From Planctomycetota bacterium (GTDB lineage Bacteria > Planctomycetota > JAJSAM01 > JAJVHW01): 64,000 nt of DNA. The position numbers and the translations under genes were made by a program. Under the pieces are notes generated by a model. It searched no databases, had not been told where the DNA came from, and saw nothing but the letters and a program-made list of their open reading frames with translations. Positions within the stretch are counted from its first letter, which is position 1. Every line of letters begins with the position of its first letter. Below, one piece after another: positions 10,027-21,365 of the stretch. The stretch is taken from contig CBDFJG010000003.1 in assembly GCA_965248445.1 (NCBI GenBank), positions 1,504,001 to 1,568,000 on the forward strand. Reading direction: 5' to 3'.

Positions 10027-11556
10027 AGCGGGCGGCCGCCGTTGCAGCGACGCTCGTCGCACTCCTCGCTGCGCATGCCGGCGCAGCCGACATCGTCCAG
10101 CTGAAGGACGGTCGCATCATCGACACCGTGCCGATGCGCGTGGACGGCGACGACGTCATCCTCGAGTACGAGAACGGTGAAGTCCGCGTGGCAGCCGCCC
10201 GCATCGAGGACTACGTCATCGACGGCAAACCCCCGCCGGCGGTCGACGACTCGGAGGTCGCCCGCGCCAAGCGCGCGAAGGGCCTCGTTCCGTACAAGGG
10301 CAAGTGGATCACGCCCGCGCGCCGCCAGAAGTTCATCGAGAAGGACGTTGCCGAGAAGCGCAAGGAGATCGAGGACATCCGCGCGCACGCCGAGTGGCGC
10401 AATCGCTACCAGTTCGACACCAAGAACTTCGACTACGAGTCGACTCTCGCGCCCTCCCTCAACGACCTGCACGCGGAGATGCTCGAGGCGTACTTCGCGA
10501 CGTTCAAGAAGGAGTGGGGCATCAAGGTGCCGAAGGATTGGGGAAGCCTGAAGGTCTGTTTCTACTCCAGCCAGGACGAGTTCCATCGCACCGGAGGCGT
10601 CGGCGGAGGAACGCTGGCGTACTACCGCTTCGTCGCCCCGCGCGAACTCAATTGCTACTACGACCGCAACGACCCGGAGGCGTCGCTGTCGTACATGTTC
10701 CACGAGGCGAACCACTACCTGACCGATCTCATGCACGAGAAGTTCCAGTACCCGCACTGGGTCAACGAGGCGATGGCCGAGTACTGGGGCGCCAGCGTGT
10801 GGGACGCCAAGAAGAAGGTGTGGAAGATCGGAGAGATCCAGCAGGGTCGCCTGGTCGAGTTGCAGAACGATCTCGCTGCTGGCAAGCGGCTCGGTCTCGC
10901 CGACCTCATCGACAGTGAACGGGACTACCGCCACTACTACTGGGGCTGGTCGTTCGTGCACTTCATGCTCGAGACGCCGAAGTACGCGAAGGGCTTCAAG
11001 AAGTTCTTCGTGGATCTCGCCCGCGCGAAGGACGTCAAGCGCGTGCCGTACGGGAACGAGTTCAAGACGGTCACGGGAGAGGAGTGCCTGCGAGTCTTCG
11101 AGAAGCGGCTCAAGGTCAAGGATCTGCACGCGCTGCAGGAGGAGTGGTACGCGTACATCGAAGGCCCTCGAGACCACCGGAACGCGGGGTCTCGAGCGAG
11201 CCGGACTCGACTCGTACTACCGCGGCCGGCGCCTGCGCGCGACGCGCCTGCTGAAGGAGGCGATCGACGGCGGCAGTCAGAACGTGCTGGTGTACCTGCG
11301 TTACGCCGCCTTGCTGCGACTCGATCCCGAGACGCATGAAGACGCCGTCGCGATGAACCGCAAGGCCTGCGAACTCGATCCGCTCGATGCCAACACGTGG
11401 GCGGAATTGGGCTTCACGCTGTACGCACTCGGTCTCGTGGGGGACGGCAAGAAGAACATCGCCCTCGCCCGCGAGATGAATCCCGACGACCCGTACCTCT
11501 CGATCGAGATCGCAGAGGCGCTCAAGCGGCACGCGAAGAAGAAGCAGAAGCAGTGA
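10023..11556 (+). CDS. Secreted DUF1570-like HEXXH zinc peptidase with C-terminal TPR; frameshift near 11165
   Basis: FHEANHY..PHWVNEAMAEY..YYWGWSFVHFML; removing one C from gaaggCcctcgag joins it to the TPR frame (EGLETTGTRGLER...ACELDPLDANTWAELG). Confidence 0.75.
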
Positions 11557-13109
11557 TGGCGCGATCCTCCGGGCTGTTTCTCGTCGCGGCCCTGGCGGTC
11601 GCGACGTTCGCGCACACGTCGGGCAGCCCGTTCTTGCCCGCCGCTTACGCAGCCGCTGATCCGGACGCCGCGAAGAAGGCGAAGGACCTCGCCGACGAGG
11701 CGGAGAAGTTCTTCAACACTGCCGGCGACACGGACCTCCCCCACAAGGAGCGTGCGCGAAATCGCAAGGAGGCGTACGTCCGGCTGAAGGAAGCGCGCAA
11801 GCTGCTCGACGATTGGCTCGACGAGAACCCGGAGGACACCGAGAAGTTCGACTCACTCTACGTGCGCATCGCCGCAATGATGTACTGGACCAAGAAGGAA
11901 GCCGCGATCGGCGAGTTGACCGGGACCAAGCCGCCCGTCGAGCAGGGTCCGGCCGACTCCGGCGGCGCGAAGGACAGCGGCGGCATCGGCGGGACGAGCG
12001 GCGGAGGGATCGGCGGCACGAGCAGTGGAGGCACGTCCAAGCCGCCTCCGTCCTCGGGCGGCGCTGGCGAGAACGGTGGCGACACGACCGCGCCTGCCAA
12101 ACCCCCGGAGCCCGTCGTCCCCGCGGGACCGACCGCCGCCGACGGTCTGGCGGAGGTGCAGGACTACGAGAGTGAGCATCCGAGCGACGTGCCCGGTCTG
12201 CACGAACGGTACACAGAGTTCCTCGCGACGCACTCCGACACCGGCGCGCCCGAGTACGCGACCGCTCTGGAGCGGCTGGAGGTGCTCGGTCGCAAGTTGA
12301 AGGACGTGTACCGGCAGGTACGCGACGACGACCCCGACGCTCTCGAGGACATGGACAACGCGCAGGTCCGCAAGTTGGTCGGCCAGCTGACGCAGGATCT
12401 CGACAGCGACGACGAGACCGTCCGGGTGCGCGCCGCCAAGTTCATGGGGAGCCTGGGCTCGTCACTGGCGGCCGATCCGCTGCTCGCGATCCTCAAGCAC
12501 GAACCGCCGAGCGACGTCCATGACGCGGCAGCCGACGCGCTCGAGCGAATTGGCGGGCGCCGCATCTGCAACCGCCTGACGCGCATGAAGGCCGACGATG
12601 AACTGGCGGACACGATCGCCAAGATCCTCGGCGGGATCGCGGGGCGCGGCGGGGCCGAGGGCCGGATCGCGGGGGAATCCCTCGCGACATACGTCGCCGA
12701 CGCCTCCGAGGATCTCCAGGCCACGGCGATCGCCAAGCTGGCCGAAGCCGGGAAGTCCGGCGCGCTGGGGCTCGCCATGCTCTTGCCGTACGCGCAGAGC
12801 GCCGACAAGCTAGACTACATCGAGCAGATCGGAGCCCACGGGGAGCCACGTGCAGCGAGCTACCTTGCCGACTTCCTCGTCGTCAATGTCCGCGGCGTGC
12901 GCAAGAAGCAAGCGAAGGCCGCGCGCGAGGCCATCGAGGCGATGGGCAAGCCGGCAGTGCGCTACCTGATCCCCGCGCTCGACAACGACGAAGTCAACGT
13001 GTGGACGGCCGAGCTGCTCCGCCGCATCACGGGTGCCAAGCTGAAGAACGACAAGCGAAAGACGTGGGAGAAGTGGTTCCGCAAGAACCGCCGGACTCTC
13101 GAAGAGTAG
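11556..13109 (+). CDS. Secreted HEAT-repeat protein with a Gly/Pro-rich linker
   Basis: ATG overlaps the upstream TGA; signal peptide; VRVRAAKFMGSLG, AAADALERIGG, LRRITG..WEKWF. Confidence 0.75.
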   Translation: MARSSGLFLVAALAVATFAHTSGSPFLPAAYAAADPDAAKKAKDLADEAEKFFNTAGDTDLPHKERARNRKEAYVRLKEARKLLDDWLDENPEDTEKFDSLYVRIAAMMYWTKKEAAIGELTGTKPPVEQGPADSGGAKDSGGIGGTSGGGIGGTSSGGTSKPPPSSGGAGENGGDTTAPAKPPEPVVPAGPTAADGLAEVQDYESEHPSDVPGLHERYTEFLATHSDTGAPEYATALERLEVLGRKLKDVYRQVRDDDPDALEDMDNAQVRKLVGQLTQDLDSDDETVRVRAAKFMGSLGSSLAADPLLAILKHEPPSDVHDAAADALERIGGRRICNRLTRMKADDELADTIAKILGGIAGRGGAEGRIAGESLATYVADASEDLQATAIAKLAEAGKSGALGLAMLLPYAQSADKLDYIEQIGAHGEPRAASYLADFLVVNVRGVRKKQAKAAREAIEAMGKPAVRYLIPALDNDEVNVWTAELLRRITGAKLKNDKRKTWEKWFRKNRRTLEE

Positions 13110-13125
13110 CGAACAGAAACGCGCG

Positions 13126-13932
13126 TCAGCTGCCGAACGAGCGATAGAGGTCGTCCCGCCGGTCAGCCAGGAACGGGAAGCTCGCGCGCACGTCCGCTAC
13201 GACCGACGGATCGACGATCCCTGCGATCACACCCTCGCCCCCGGGGTCGGAGTCGGCCAGCACCTCGCCCAGCGGCGAGACCAAGAGCGAGTCGCCGCTG
13301 TACTCGAGCCCCCCGCCGCGGCCGACGCGGTTCACTCCGAGCAGGTACGCCTGCGTCTCGATAGCCCGCGCAACCAGGAGCGCCCGCCAGTGCTCGCGGC
13401 GCGGCGTCGGCCAGTTGGCGACGACCACGAACAGGTCGGTGCGCGGCGCGGCGGCGGTGAACAGTTCGGCGAAGCGGAGGTCGTAGCAGACGAGCGGCGT
13501 GATGCGGACGCCCGCGTGCTCGACGACGATCAGTTCGTCGCCGCCTTCGTAGTGCTGGCCTTCCTGCCCGTGATTGAACGGGTGGATCTTGGCGTAGTGG
13601 TGAACGGCGCCGTCCGGTTGCGCCAGGGTCAGCACGTTGCGGGGCCGGCTCCAGTCGGGATCGGTCCGTGGAATGCTCCCGCAGACCGCCGCGCCGGTCT
13701 CCGCGGCGAGTTCGGACAGCAGCCGCTCGGACGGCCCGCCCGGGCCTTCGGCCAGTTCATCGGGCCGCATCGTGAACCCCGTCGGCCACATCTCCGGCAG
13801 CGCGAGAAGGCATGGGCCGGGGTTGAAGTCGGACGCCTTCTTGGCTGCCTCGCGAACGCACGCTGCGACCTTCGCGCGGTTCGCCGCGGGGTCCTCCCAC
13901 GTGATGTCCATCTGCAGACCGACGACGTTCAT
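13126..13932 (-). CDS. Carbon-nitrogen hydrolase (nitrilase/omega-amidase family)
   Basis: LPEMWPTGF, YAKIHPF, LVCYDLRFAE, ARAIETQAY..VNRVG (E-K-C triad). Confidence 0.9.
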   Translation of the reverse strand: MNVVGLQMDITWEDPAANRAKVAACVREAAKKASDFNPGPCLLALPEMWPTGFTMRPDELAEGPGGPSERLLSELAAETGAAVCGSIPRTDPDWSRPRNVLTLAQPDGAVHHYAKIHPFNHGQEGQHYEGGDELIVVEHAGVRITPLVCYDLRFAELFTAAAPRTDLFVVVANWPTPRREHWRALLVARAIETQAYLLGVNRVGRGGGLEYSGDSLLVSPLGEVLADSDPGGEGVIAGIVDPSVVADVRASFPFLADRRDDLYRSFGS

Positions 13933-13979
13933 GCTGTGCCCACCCGTTCCGAGACTATGCTCCCCCACCGGAGGCAGTG

Positions 13980-14273
13980 ATGAGTGGAAAGTCCAAAGAC
14001 TTCCTGGTCAGGCGACAGGAGAAGGAAGCACCCGCGGAGGAGGCGAAGTTCGCGTACTTCGGCCCACCTCACGCCGAGGACCGATTCCGCTTCGTCATCG
14101 CGAAGGAGGACGGCGACACGATCTCGATCGTCCCCGGCGAGGGCCGCTTCAAGCGCGGGCTGATCGCCTGGCGCTGGGAAGAGGCCGAGGGTGGAGAGTC
14201 CACGCCCTACGTCACCGAGAAGACGAACGCCCGCCGGATCGATCTGCGGCGCCTGACGCGCGGCGACGCGTGA
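13980..14273 (+). CDS. Small hypothetical protein
   Basis: RBS gagg; 97 aa with coding-like codon usage. Confidence 0.55.
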   Translation: MSGKSKDFLVRRQEKEAPAEEAKFAYFGPPHAEDRFRFVIAKEDGDTISIVPGEGRFKRGLIAWRWEEAEGGESTPYVTEKTNARRIDLRRLTRGDA

Positions 14274-14375
14274 CGCGCTTCCGCGCTCGTCACGCGGCTT
14301 GCTGAGCAACCCGCGCGCCGCACCCACCTCCGAGTGTCTCCCTCCTACGCACCCGCCGGGCGCTACGGAGGGGCT

Positions 14376-14405
14376 GCTGTAGGGGCGGGGCGCTGCCCGG
14401 CCCGC
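14376..14405 (+). repeat. REP-like GTAG repeat, copy 2
   Basis: gctgtaggggcgggg identical to 5688; lies between convergent genes. Confidence 0.45.
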
Positions 14406-14427
14406 GAACTGACGCAAGGCGTCCCCG

Positions 14428-14976
14428 TCACTCCCAGTCGATCGTGAGCACCGTCCACTCTTCGTAGGACCCCATCGTCCCGGGCGGGTGCGTCAGGACG
14501 ACCGTCGCGCGCACAACGCCGTCGCCGGCGCGCACGCCGACCTCGCAGCGGGCGCGGGCGGCACCATCGCGCCCCATGTCGAGGGCGCTTCGGACAACGG
14601 TCGCTTCCACGGGCCCGGGATCCTCGACGAGACGTTCGCGGGCGCCGCTGATCCAACTCTCCAGCGTGGCGTCGTCGACATCCCTGCCGGCGAACGCCCG
14701 CGCCTCCTTGATCGCAACGGCGTCGCCGTCGTGCACACCCATCAGGAGGAACGAGACCGCGTCCGCCGCGACCTCGTCCGCCGCCGCGAGCGTGGACGGG
14801 TCGCCTCGCATCACTACACTGTCGTCGGGGGTCCCCGTGTCGACCAACGACCACTCGGCCAGCGGGCCGGAGCCGAAGAGCCAGAACGCCGCGAGGACCG
14901 CGATCGCAAGAACCATGATCACGCCGATGGCGCCGGCAATCAGCGCGCCGCGTGACACGCGGGCGGAGCGCGGCAC
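14428..14976 (-). CDS. Hypothetical membrane-anchored protein
   Basis: GTG at 14976 overlaps the true stop of the upstream gene; N-terminal TM helix ALIAGAIGVIMVLAIAVLAAFWLF. Confidence 0.6.
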   Translation of the reverse strand: MPRSARVSRGALIAGAIGVIMVLAIAVLAAFWLFGSGPLAEWSLVDTGTPDDSVVMRGDPSTLAAADEVAADAVSFLLMGVHDGDAVAIKEARAFAGRDVDDATLESWISGARERLVEDPGPVEATVVRSALDMGRDGAARARCEVGVRAGDGVVRATVVLTHPPGTMGSYEEWTVLTIDWE

Positions 14977-16446
14977 TAGTAGGCCCTGAGCGCGTAGGCC
15001 CGCCACTCGTCGTCGAGCTTCTCGACCCCCCATCTTGAAGATCTTCTGAAGCGCGGCTTCCTGGTCGAGCTCCCGGTCTTCCTTCACGAGCTTCAGGAAC
15101 GAGATGAACTCGTCACGGTGGTGGTCCATCAGCCAGCTCACGACCGCCCACGCCTTCACGCCGTCGGGGAGCTCGAGCGTCGCGAGCGGTGTCTTGATCA
15201 GCTTGCGCAGCGGTGTGTCCGCCTTGGACGAAACCATCTGCACCAGGTACTCGCGCCAGCGCTCGGAGACCGTCCACTCGATGGTGCCCCCCGCGTCCTC
15301 GATGCCGTACTCGTGTGTCGGGCGGGCGAGGCAGCTCGTGCGCGTCGTGTTCTGGACCTTCACGGTGTAGTAGTACGTCAGGCCCTCGTCGAGCCAGGCG
15401 TGCGGGCGGGCGTTCCACACGGCGTGCGACAGGAAGTGCCCCGCGTGGTGCAGCAGCGGGTCGCGTGTGTCGACGTCCTCAGCGGTCGCGACTCGGAAGA
15501 CGCCGCCGCGCATCAGGATGTACGACCGCGACGTGGTCGACCCCTTGGTCCACTCCGGATCGGACGAGTTCGAGAACTTGTCCACCCAGACGTCCCACGT
15601 TCCCTTCTTGCTGACGACGACGAGATCGACCTTCTTCCCGTCGAACACGTCGGTCGTCGGATCCGTCCCGACGTCGGCCAGGAAGTAGACGTACAGCGTC
15701 TCGAGCGCCTTCATGGACTCGCCGAGCGCCTCCTTGCGGGCGTCGTCGAACAGCCGGAAGTGCGGCGACTCCACGCCGTTGAGCGCGACGCCGATGCCCT
15801 TCTCGTACTCGCCCGTCTCGGTAATCGGCTCGCCGCCGATCGAGCGCTTGATCGCGTCGATCTGCTTCTCGGTGAGCCACCGCTTGCCGACCTTGCGGTG
15901 GCCGAGCCCCTTGCGCGCGGACTCCTGGTTCGGGTCGATCAAGATCGCCCGCTCGTACGCCTTCTGCGCCTGGTCGTCGTGGCCCTGGTCGCGGCAGGCG
16001 TTACCGAGCTGCGCGTAGCGCGCTGCGATGTACTCATTGACCTTCGCGAGCTTCTCGTTCCAGCGTTCGATCTTCTTGTTGAAGGACGTCTGGCCTTCCT
16101 TGCCACCCTTCGTGTTCTGGATGCCGAGGCGCTTGGCCTTGCCCTCGTCGAGCACCCACTCCTTGCGCTTCTTGACGAAGCCGAGCATGTCGCGCGCCTT
16201 CTTCTGGTCCGGATCGAACTGGAGGGCGCGGTTGGCTTCGCGGCGGGCGAACGCGAACAGGTTGCCCTTGCGAGCTTGCTCGGCGATGTCGAACAGCTTG
16301 TCCGCCACACCTTTGGACATCTTCTCGAGCTCGGCCTCGAAGAAGCGGACTCCGGCGTCCGACGCCAGCGCGGGGGCCGGACGAACAGTGGCCGCAGGCG
16401 CGGCCAGCAGGAGTGCGAGGGCCAGGGCAGTCGCGAGGCGCCGCAT
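14976..16446 (-). CDS. Secreted TPR + DUF1570-like protein with altered zinc motif; frameshift in G-run near 15026-15031
   Basis: Signal peptide, TPRs, ESPHFRL, LLHHAGHF..HAWLDEGLTYY, AWAVVSWLM; removing one G gives KMGVEKLDDEWRAYALRAY*. Confidence 0.7.
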
Positions 16447-16537
16447 GTGTGCATCCTACCGCGCGGCCGGAGGCCTCCGCACGCAGTGGAATCGGAACCT
16501 CTCTCGGCCCAAGCCCCGAAGTGCCGATGTCAGGATC

Positions 16538-17875
16538 ATGGGGGTCCAGGATCCCGCTGCCCGATTCGACCTCGATCCGACCGATCCGGGGAACGAGCCG
16601 GCATTGGTCGCGCTGCTCACGTCGCCCCAGGCGATCACCCCGGCTGCACGGCCGCTCGCGGAGTCCGCGTCGAAGATCGGGTGCACCAAACGGATCCGCG
16701 CCCACGCCGACATCGTCCTCGGCTATCACCTCTACGCCGAGCGCAAGGTCGAGCAGGGCAGCACCGCGTATCGCCGCGGGCTGCAGGTGCTCTGGGACAC
16801 GGGCTCCCCCGCCGAGCGCAACGCATGCGTCAACCTCGCCTCCGCGTGCGCGTACCAGGGCCGGCTGCTCGAGTCGCTCGTCCTCGCGCGGCGCGGACGC
16901 CACCTCGCGGCGCTCGAGCAGCACCAGCCCGCGTACTTCGTCGCGTCGCAAGCGCTTCTGCGCGCGCTCGCCGGACTCGGCGACTGGGAGCGTTTCGATG
17001 CACTCCGCGACGCCACGGCGGCGTTCGTCGCGGAGTCGGACGACGCGAACAAGCGGTTCCAGTTCGACACCGTCTGCGTCGATGCCGCCGTCGAGCGCGA
17101 GCACGCGGACGAAGCGGCGCGCCACCTCGAGTCCGCGGCGACCGCTCCGCGAGCGATGGACGACACGCGCCTGTTCGTCGAGGCGTGGGCGCACGTGCAC
17201 CTCTTGCGCGGACAGTACGACCTGGCGCTTGACCGCGCGGCCACGGCGCGCAAGGAACATCCGCGTGAAGACGAGCTCGATCGCCGGCTTCGCTTCCTGG
17301 AGATCCTCGCGGCGGCCGCAAAGGGCAACCCCGGTGCGGCGCAGGCGGCGCGGACGTTCCTCGATTCGCTGGCCGACGACACCGCAGAGACCCTGCCGCC
17401 GGGGCGCCGCATGCGCATGGCGTCCCGCATCGCACGCGACGTCGGCGAGAGCATGGACGACCGCCTGCTCGCAGCGCGCGCATACGAGGTCGCGGGCGCC
17501 GCCGCGCTCGAGCGCATGGCGGAGCTCGAGGTGTTCCGCCTGGAGTTTCCGCAAGCCCAGTCGCTCTCCGACGAGGACGCGATGCTGCTGGACGAGTACC
17601 GCCAGCGGTTCCTCGGTGAGCACGGGAGCATCCTCGACGCCGTGCGGCGGCTCTTCCGCGGCGACGCCGAAGCAGTGCGCGTGTTCCGCGAGGCGGTTCC
17701 CGGCGAGGACCCCCTTCTGCGCGCCTGCGCCTGGTGCGGAATGGTGCGGGGTCCCGAGGGGCTATGGGTCGATCTCGGCGAGTCCTCGGTGCCGGAGGGC
17801 GGATCGATGCAGGTCTCGCACGGCGTCTGCCTGACCTGCCGGACGAGCCTCGTCGGCCCCGATTCAACGGCCTGA
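16538..17875 (+). CDS. Helical-repeat protein with C-terminal CxxC...SHGxCxxC zinc-binding module
   Basis: Ala/Leu-rich helices; [25 protein letters not shown]. Confidence 0.65.
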   Translation: MGVQDPAARFDLDPTDPGNEPALVALLTSPQAITPAARPLAESASKIGCTKRIRAHADIVLGYHLYAERKVEQGSTAYRRGLQVLWDTGSPAERNACVNLASACAYQGRLLESLVLARRGRHLAALEQHQPAYFVASQALLRALAGLGDWERFDALRDATAAFVAESDDANKRFQFDTVCVDAAVEREHADEAARHLESAATAPRAMDDTRLFVEAWAHVHLLRGQYDLALDRAATARKEHPREDELDRRLRFLEILAAAAKGNPGAAQAARTFLDSLADDTAETLPPGRRMRMASRIARDVGESMDDRLLAARAYEVAGAAALERMAELEVFRLEFPQAQSLSDEDAMLLDEYRQRFLGEHGSILDAVRRLFRGDAEAVRVFREAVPGEDPLLRACAWCGMVRGPEGLWVDLGESSVPEGGSMQVSHGVCLTCRTSLVGPDSTA

Positions 17876-17928
17876 CCGGGTCGTCCTCCCTCGCGCGCGC
17901 GAAAGGGATGGGGCAGACTCAGGCAGCC

Positions 17929-20900
17929 ATGACCACGGAAGTCCATCGTTCCGACACCGCTGAGCCGCATCCCCAGCTCCCAACCGAGCCGGGTCCGGCG
18001 GCCCCGGATTCGGAGCCCGAGCGCTTCTCGCTGACCCACAAGGTCCGGCTGGTCACGGCGACCTCGCTGTTCGACGGCCACGACGCCTCGATCAACATCA
18101 TGCGCCGGATCGCGCAGAGTTGCGGCGCCGAGGTCATTCACCTCGGCCACAACCGCTCGGTGCTCGAGATCGTGGACGCGGCGATCGACGAGGATGCGCA
18201 GGGCATCGCGGTGACCTCCTACCAGGGCGGTCACAACGAGTACTTCCGCTACCTCCACGACCTGCTCGCGGAACGCGGCGGCGGACACGTGCGGATCTTC
18301 GGCGGCGGCGGCGGCGTGATCCTGCCCGAGGAGATCGAGGAGCTGCAGGCGTACGGGATCGAACGCATCTACTCGCCGGACGACGGCCGTTCGCTGGGTC
18401 TCAAGGGCATGGTTCAGGACATGCTCTCGCGCTGTGACTTCGCGACCGGCGGTGACGTGGACCTCGACGCGCTCTCTGCGGAGAACGCGCGCGACGTCGC
18501 CGTCGCGATCACCGAGGCGGAGCGGGACCCGAGCGCCATGCGGCAGAAGCTCGACGCCAAGCTGGCGGACGCGACCCGCGCGCCCGTCGTCGGCATCACA
18601 GGAACAGGCGGCGCGGGCAAATCGTCACTCATCGACGAACTGGTCCGGCGGTTCCTGCGCGACTTCGACGACAAGTCGCTCGCGATCCTGTCGGTGGATC
18701 CCTCACGCCGCAAGACCGGCGGCGCGCTGCTCGGCGACCGCATCCGCATGAACTCGGTGAGCGGAAACCCGCGCATCTACATGCGCTCGCTCGCGACACG
18801 GCAGGCCAACCTCGCGCTTGCCGGCTGCATCCTCGAAGCGCTCGACGTGCTGCAGGTCGCGGGCTTCGACCTGATCATCCTCGAGACCTCGGGCATCGGG
18901 CAGTCCGACACCGAGATCGTCGACTTCAGCTCTGTCGCCCTGTACGTGATGACGCCCGAGTACGGCGCCGCGACACAGCTCGAGAAGATCGACATGCTCG
19001 ACTTCGCCGACGTCGTCGCGATCAACAAGTTCGACCGCCGCGGCGCGCTGGACGCCCTGCGCGACGTCAAGAAGCAGTGGAAGCGTAATCACGAGCAGTT
19101 CCACATGGACGACGACGACGTGCCGGTGTTCGGCACGATGGCGTCGCAGTTCAACGACGCCGGCGCCAATGCGCTCTACCTGGCGCTGATGGCGTGCATC
19201 GTCGAGAAGACGGGCGCCGCGCTCGCCTCGACCCTCGACATCCGCACCGGGCTGCCGGATCTGCACCACGTCATCCCGCCGAGGCGCAACCGGTACCTCG
19301 CCGAGATCGCGGAGAACAACCGCGAGTACGACGCGTGGGCGCGCGAGCAAGCATCCATCGCGAGGCGGCTGTTCCAGCTCGACGGCGCGATCCGAGAGCT
19401 GGCCGACGGCGACACGACAGCCCTCGTCAGCGCGCGTGACGCTCTCGAGAAGAAGCTCGATCCGGCGTGCCGCGCGGCGCTCGACGGCTGGGACGACCTG
19501 GTGGCCAGGTACTCCGCTGCGCACTTCGCGTTCAAGGTGCGCGGCCGCGACGTGAAGGTGAAGCAGCGCTACGAGACTCTCAGTCATCTGGAGATTCCGA
19601 AGGTCGCCCTGCCGCGCTTCGAAGACTGGGGCGAGCGCCTGCGCTGGCTGCTCACCGAGAATGTCCCCGGCGCGTTCCCGTTCGCCGCGGGCGTGTTCCC
19701 ATTCAAGCGCGAGGGCGAGGACCCGACACGCATGTTCGCGGGCGAGGGCGGGCCCGAACGCACCAACCGGCGCTTCCACTACGTGTCGCTCGGGCAGCCG
19801 GCCGCGCGCCTCTCGACGGCGTTCGACTCGGTGACGCTCTACGGCGAGGACCCGGCTCGGCGTCCCGACATCTACGGCAAGGTCGGTAACGCAGGTGTGT
19901 CGATCTGCTCCCTCGACGACGCGAAGAAGCTCTACAGCGGGTTCGACCTATGCAGCGCGAAGACGTCCGTCTCGATGACCATCAACGGCCCGGCGCCGAT
20001 GCTCCTCGCGTTCTTCCTGAACGCCGCGATCGACCAACAGTGCGAGGTGTACATCCGCGAGAAGGGCCTGGCGGAGGAGATCGACGGCAAGATCGACGCG
20101 CTCTACCGCGAAAAGGGCGTGCCCCGTCCGCACTACACCGGCGAACTGCCCGAGGGCAACGACGGCCTCGGCCTTCTGCTCCTCGGAGTCACCGGCGACC
20201 AGGTGCTGTCGGCCAAGAACTACGCGGCGTGCAAGGAGCGCGCGCTCCAGTCGGTGCGCGGCACGGTGCAGGCGGACATCCTGAAGGAAGACCAGGCCCA
20301 GAATACCTGCATCTTCTCGACCGAGTTCGCACTACGGATGATGGGCGACATCCAGCAGCACTTCGTCGACCACGGAGTGCGCAACTTCTACTCCGTGTCG
20401 ATCAGCGGCTACCACATCGCCGAAGCCGGCGCGAACCCGATCACGCAGCTCGCACTGACGCTCAGCAACGGGTTCACGTTCGTCGAGTACTACCTCGCAC
20501 GCGGGATGGAGGTCGACGCGTTCGCACGGAACCTGTCGTTCTTCTTCAGCAACGGACTCGACCCCGAGTACGCGGTCATCGGCCGCGTGGCCCGCCGCAT
20601 CTGGGCCAAGGCAATGAAGCTCAAGTACGGCGCGAACGAGCGCAGCCAGAAGCTCAAGTACCACATCCAGACGAGCGGCCGCTCCCTGCACGCGCAGGAG
20701 ATCTCGTTCAACGACATCCGCACGACGCTGCAGGCGCTCTACGCGATCTATGACAACTGCAACAGCCTGCACACGAACGCGTACGACGAGGCGATCACGA
20801 CGCCCACCGAGGAGTCCGTTCGCCGTGCCATCGCGATCCAGCTGATCATCAATCGCGAACTCGGACTGGCGAAGAACGAGAACCCGCTGCAGGGCAGCTT

Positions 20901-21357
20901 CATCGCCGAGGAACTGACCGACCTCGTCGAAGAGGCGGTCTACGCGGAGTTCGAGCGCATCAGCGAGCGCGGCGGCGTCCTCGGCGCAATGGAGACGATG
21001 TACCAGCGCGGCAAGATCCAGGAGGAGTCGCTCTATTACGAGCAGCAGAAGATGAGCGGCGAGCTCCCGATCATCGGCGTGAACACGTACATCGGTCCCG
21101 ACGGCTCCCCTATCGAGAAGCCGAAGGAGGTCATGCGTTCCACCGACGAAGAGAAGGAGCAGCAGATCGCGAGCCTTGCAGCGCTGCAGAAGCGCAACGA
21201 GGCCGACCGTCCCGCCGCCCTCACTCGCCTCCAGGAAGTCGCCGAAGCCGGCGGCAACGTGTTCGAGCAGTTGATGGAGACTGTCAAGGTCGCGAGCCTC
21301 GGCCAGATCAGCGCAGCCCTCTACGACGTCGGCGGCCAGTACCGCCGGAACATGTAG
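17929..21357 (+). CDS. icmF: Fused isobutyryl-CoA mutase / G-protein chaperone IcmF
   Basis: N-terminal B12 domain FDGHDAS, GTPase GTGGAGKSS and NKFD, mutase [30 protein letters not shown]-terminus GGQYRRNM. Confidence 0.95.
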   Translation: MTTEVHRSDTAEPHPQLPTEPGPAAPDSEPERFSLTHKVRLVTATSLFDGHDASINIMRRIAQSCGAEVIHLGHNRSVLEIVDAAIDEDAQGIAVTSYQGGHNEYFRYLHDLLAERGGGHVRIFGGGGGVILPEEIEELQAYGIERIYSPDDGRSLGLKGMVQDMLSRCDFATGGDVDLDALSAENARDVAVAITEAERDPSAMRQKLDAKLADATRAPVVGITGTGGAGKSSLIDELVRRFLRDFDDKSLAILSVDPSRRKTGGALLGDRIRMNSVSGNPRIYMRSLATRQANLALAGCILEALDVLQVAGFDLIILETSGIGQSDTEIVDFSSVALYVMTPEYGAATQLEKIDMLDFADVVAINKFDRRGALDALRDVKKQWKRNHEQFHMDDDDVPVFGTMASQFNDAGANALYLALMACIVEKTGAALASTLDIRTGLPDLHHVIPPRRNRYLAEIAENNREYDAWAREQASIARRLFQLDGAIRELADGDTTALVSARDALEKKLDPACRAALDGWDDLVARYSAAHFAFKVRGRDVKVKQRYETLSHLEIPKVALPRFEDWGERLRWLLTENVPGAFPFAAGVFPFKREGEDPTRMFAGEGGPERTNRRFHYVSLGQPAARLSTAFDSVTLYGEDPARRPDIYGKVGNAGVSICSLDDAKKLYSGFDLCSAKTSVSMTINGPAPMLLAFFLNAAIDQQCEVYIREKGLAEEIDGKIDALYREKGVPRPHYTGELPEGNDGLGLLLLGVTGDQVLSAKNYAACKERALQSVRGTVQADILKEDQAQNTCIFSTEFALRMMGDIQQHFVDHGVRNFYSVSISGYHIAEAGANPITQLALTLSNGFTFVEYYLARGMEVDAFARNLSFFFSNGLDPEYAVIGRVARRIWAKAMKLKYGANERSQKLKYHIQTSGRSLHAQEISFNDIRTTLQALYAIYDNCNSLHTNAYDEAITTPTEESVRRAIAIQLIINRELGLAKNENPLQGSFIAEELTDLVEEAVYAEFERISERGGVLGAMETMYQRGKIQEESLYYEQQKMSGELPIIGVNTYIGPDGSPIEKPKEVMRSTDEEKEQQIASLAALQKRNEADRPAALTRLQEVAEAGGNVFEQLMETVKVASLGQISAALYDVGGQYRRNM

Positions 21358-21365
21358 GAGCCGCC

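Noticed and set aside
11160..11180. Programmed ribosomal frameshift
   Set aside because: No slippery heptamer or stimulatory structure; same pattern as the other indel errors
14428..16446. Single 672-aa fusion protein
   Set aside because: One extra G in a homopolymer joins two genes; correcting it gives a normal stop overlapping the next start
17876..17928. Cobalamin riboswitch upstream of icmF
   Set aside because: The gap is only about 50 bp and has no B12-box
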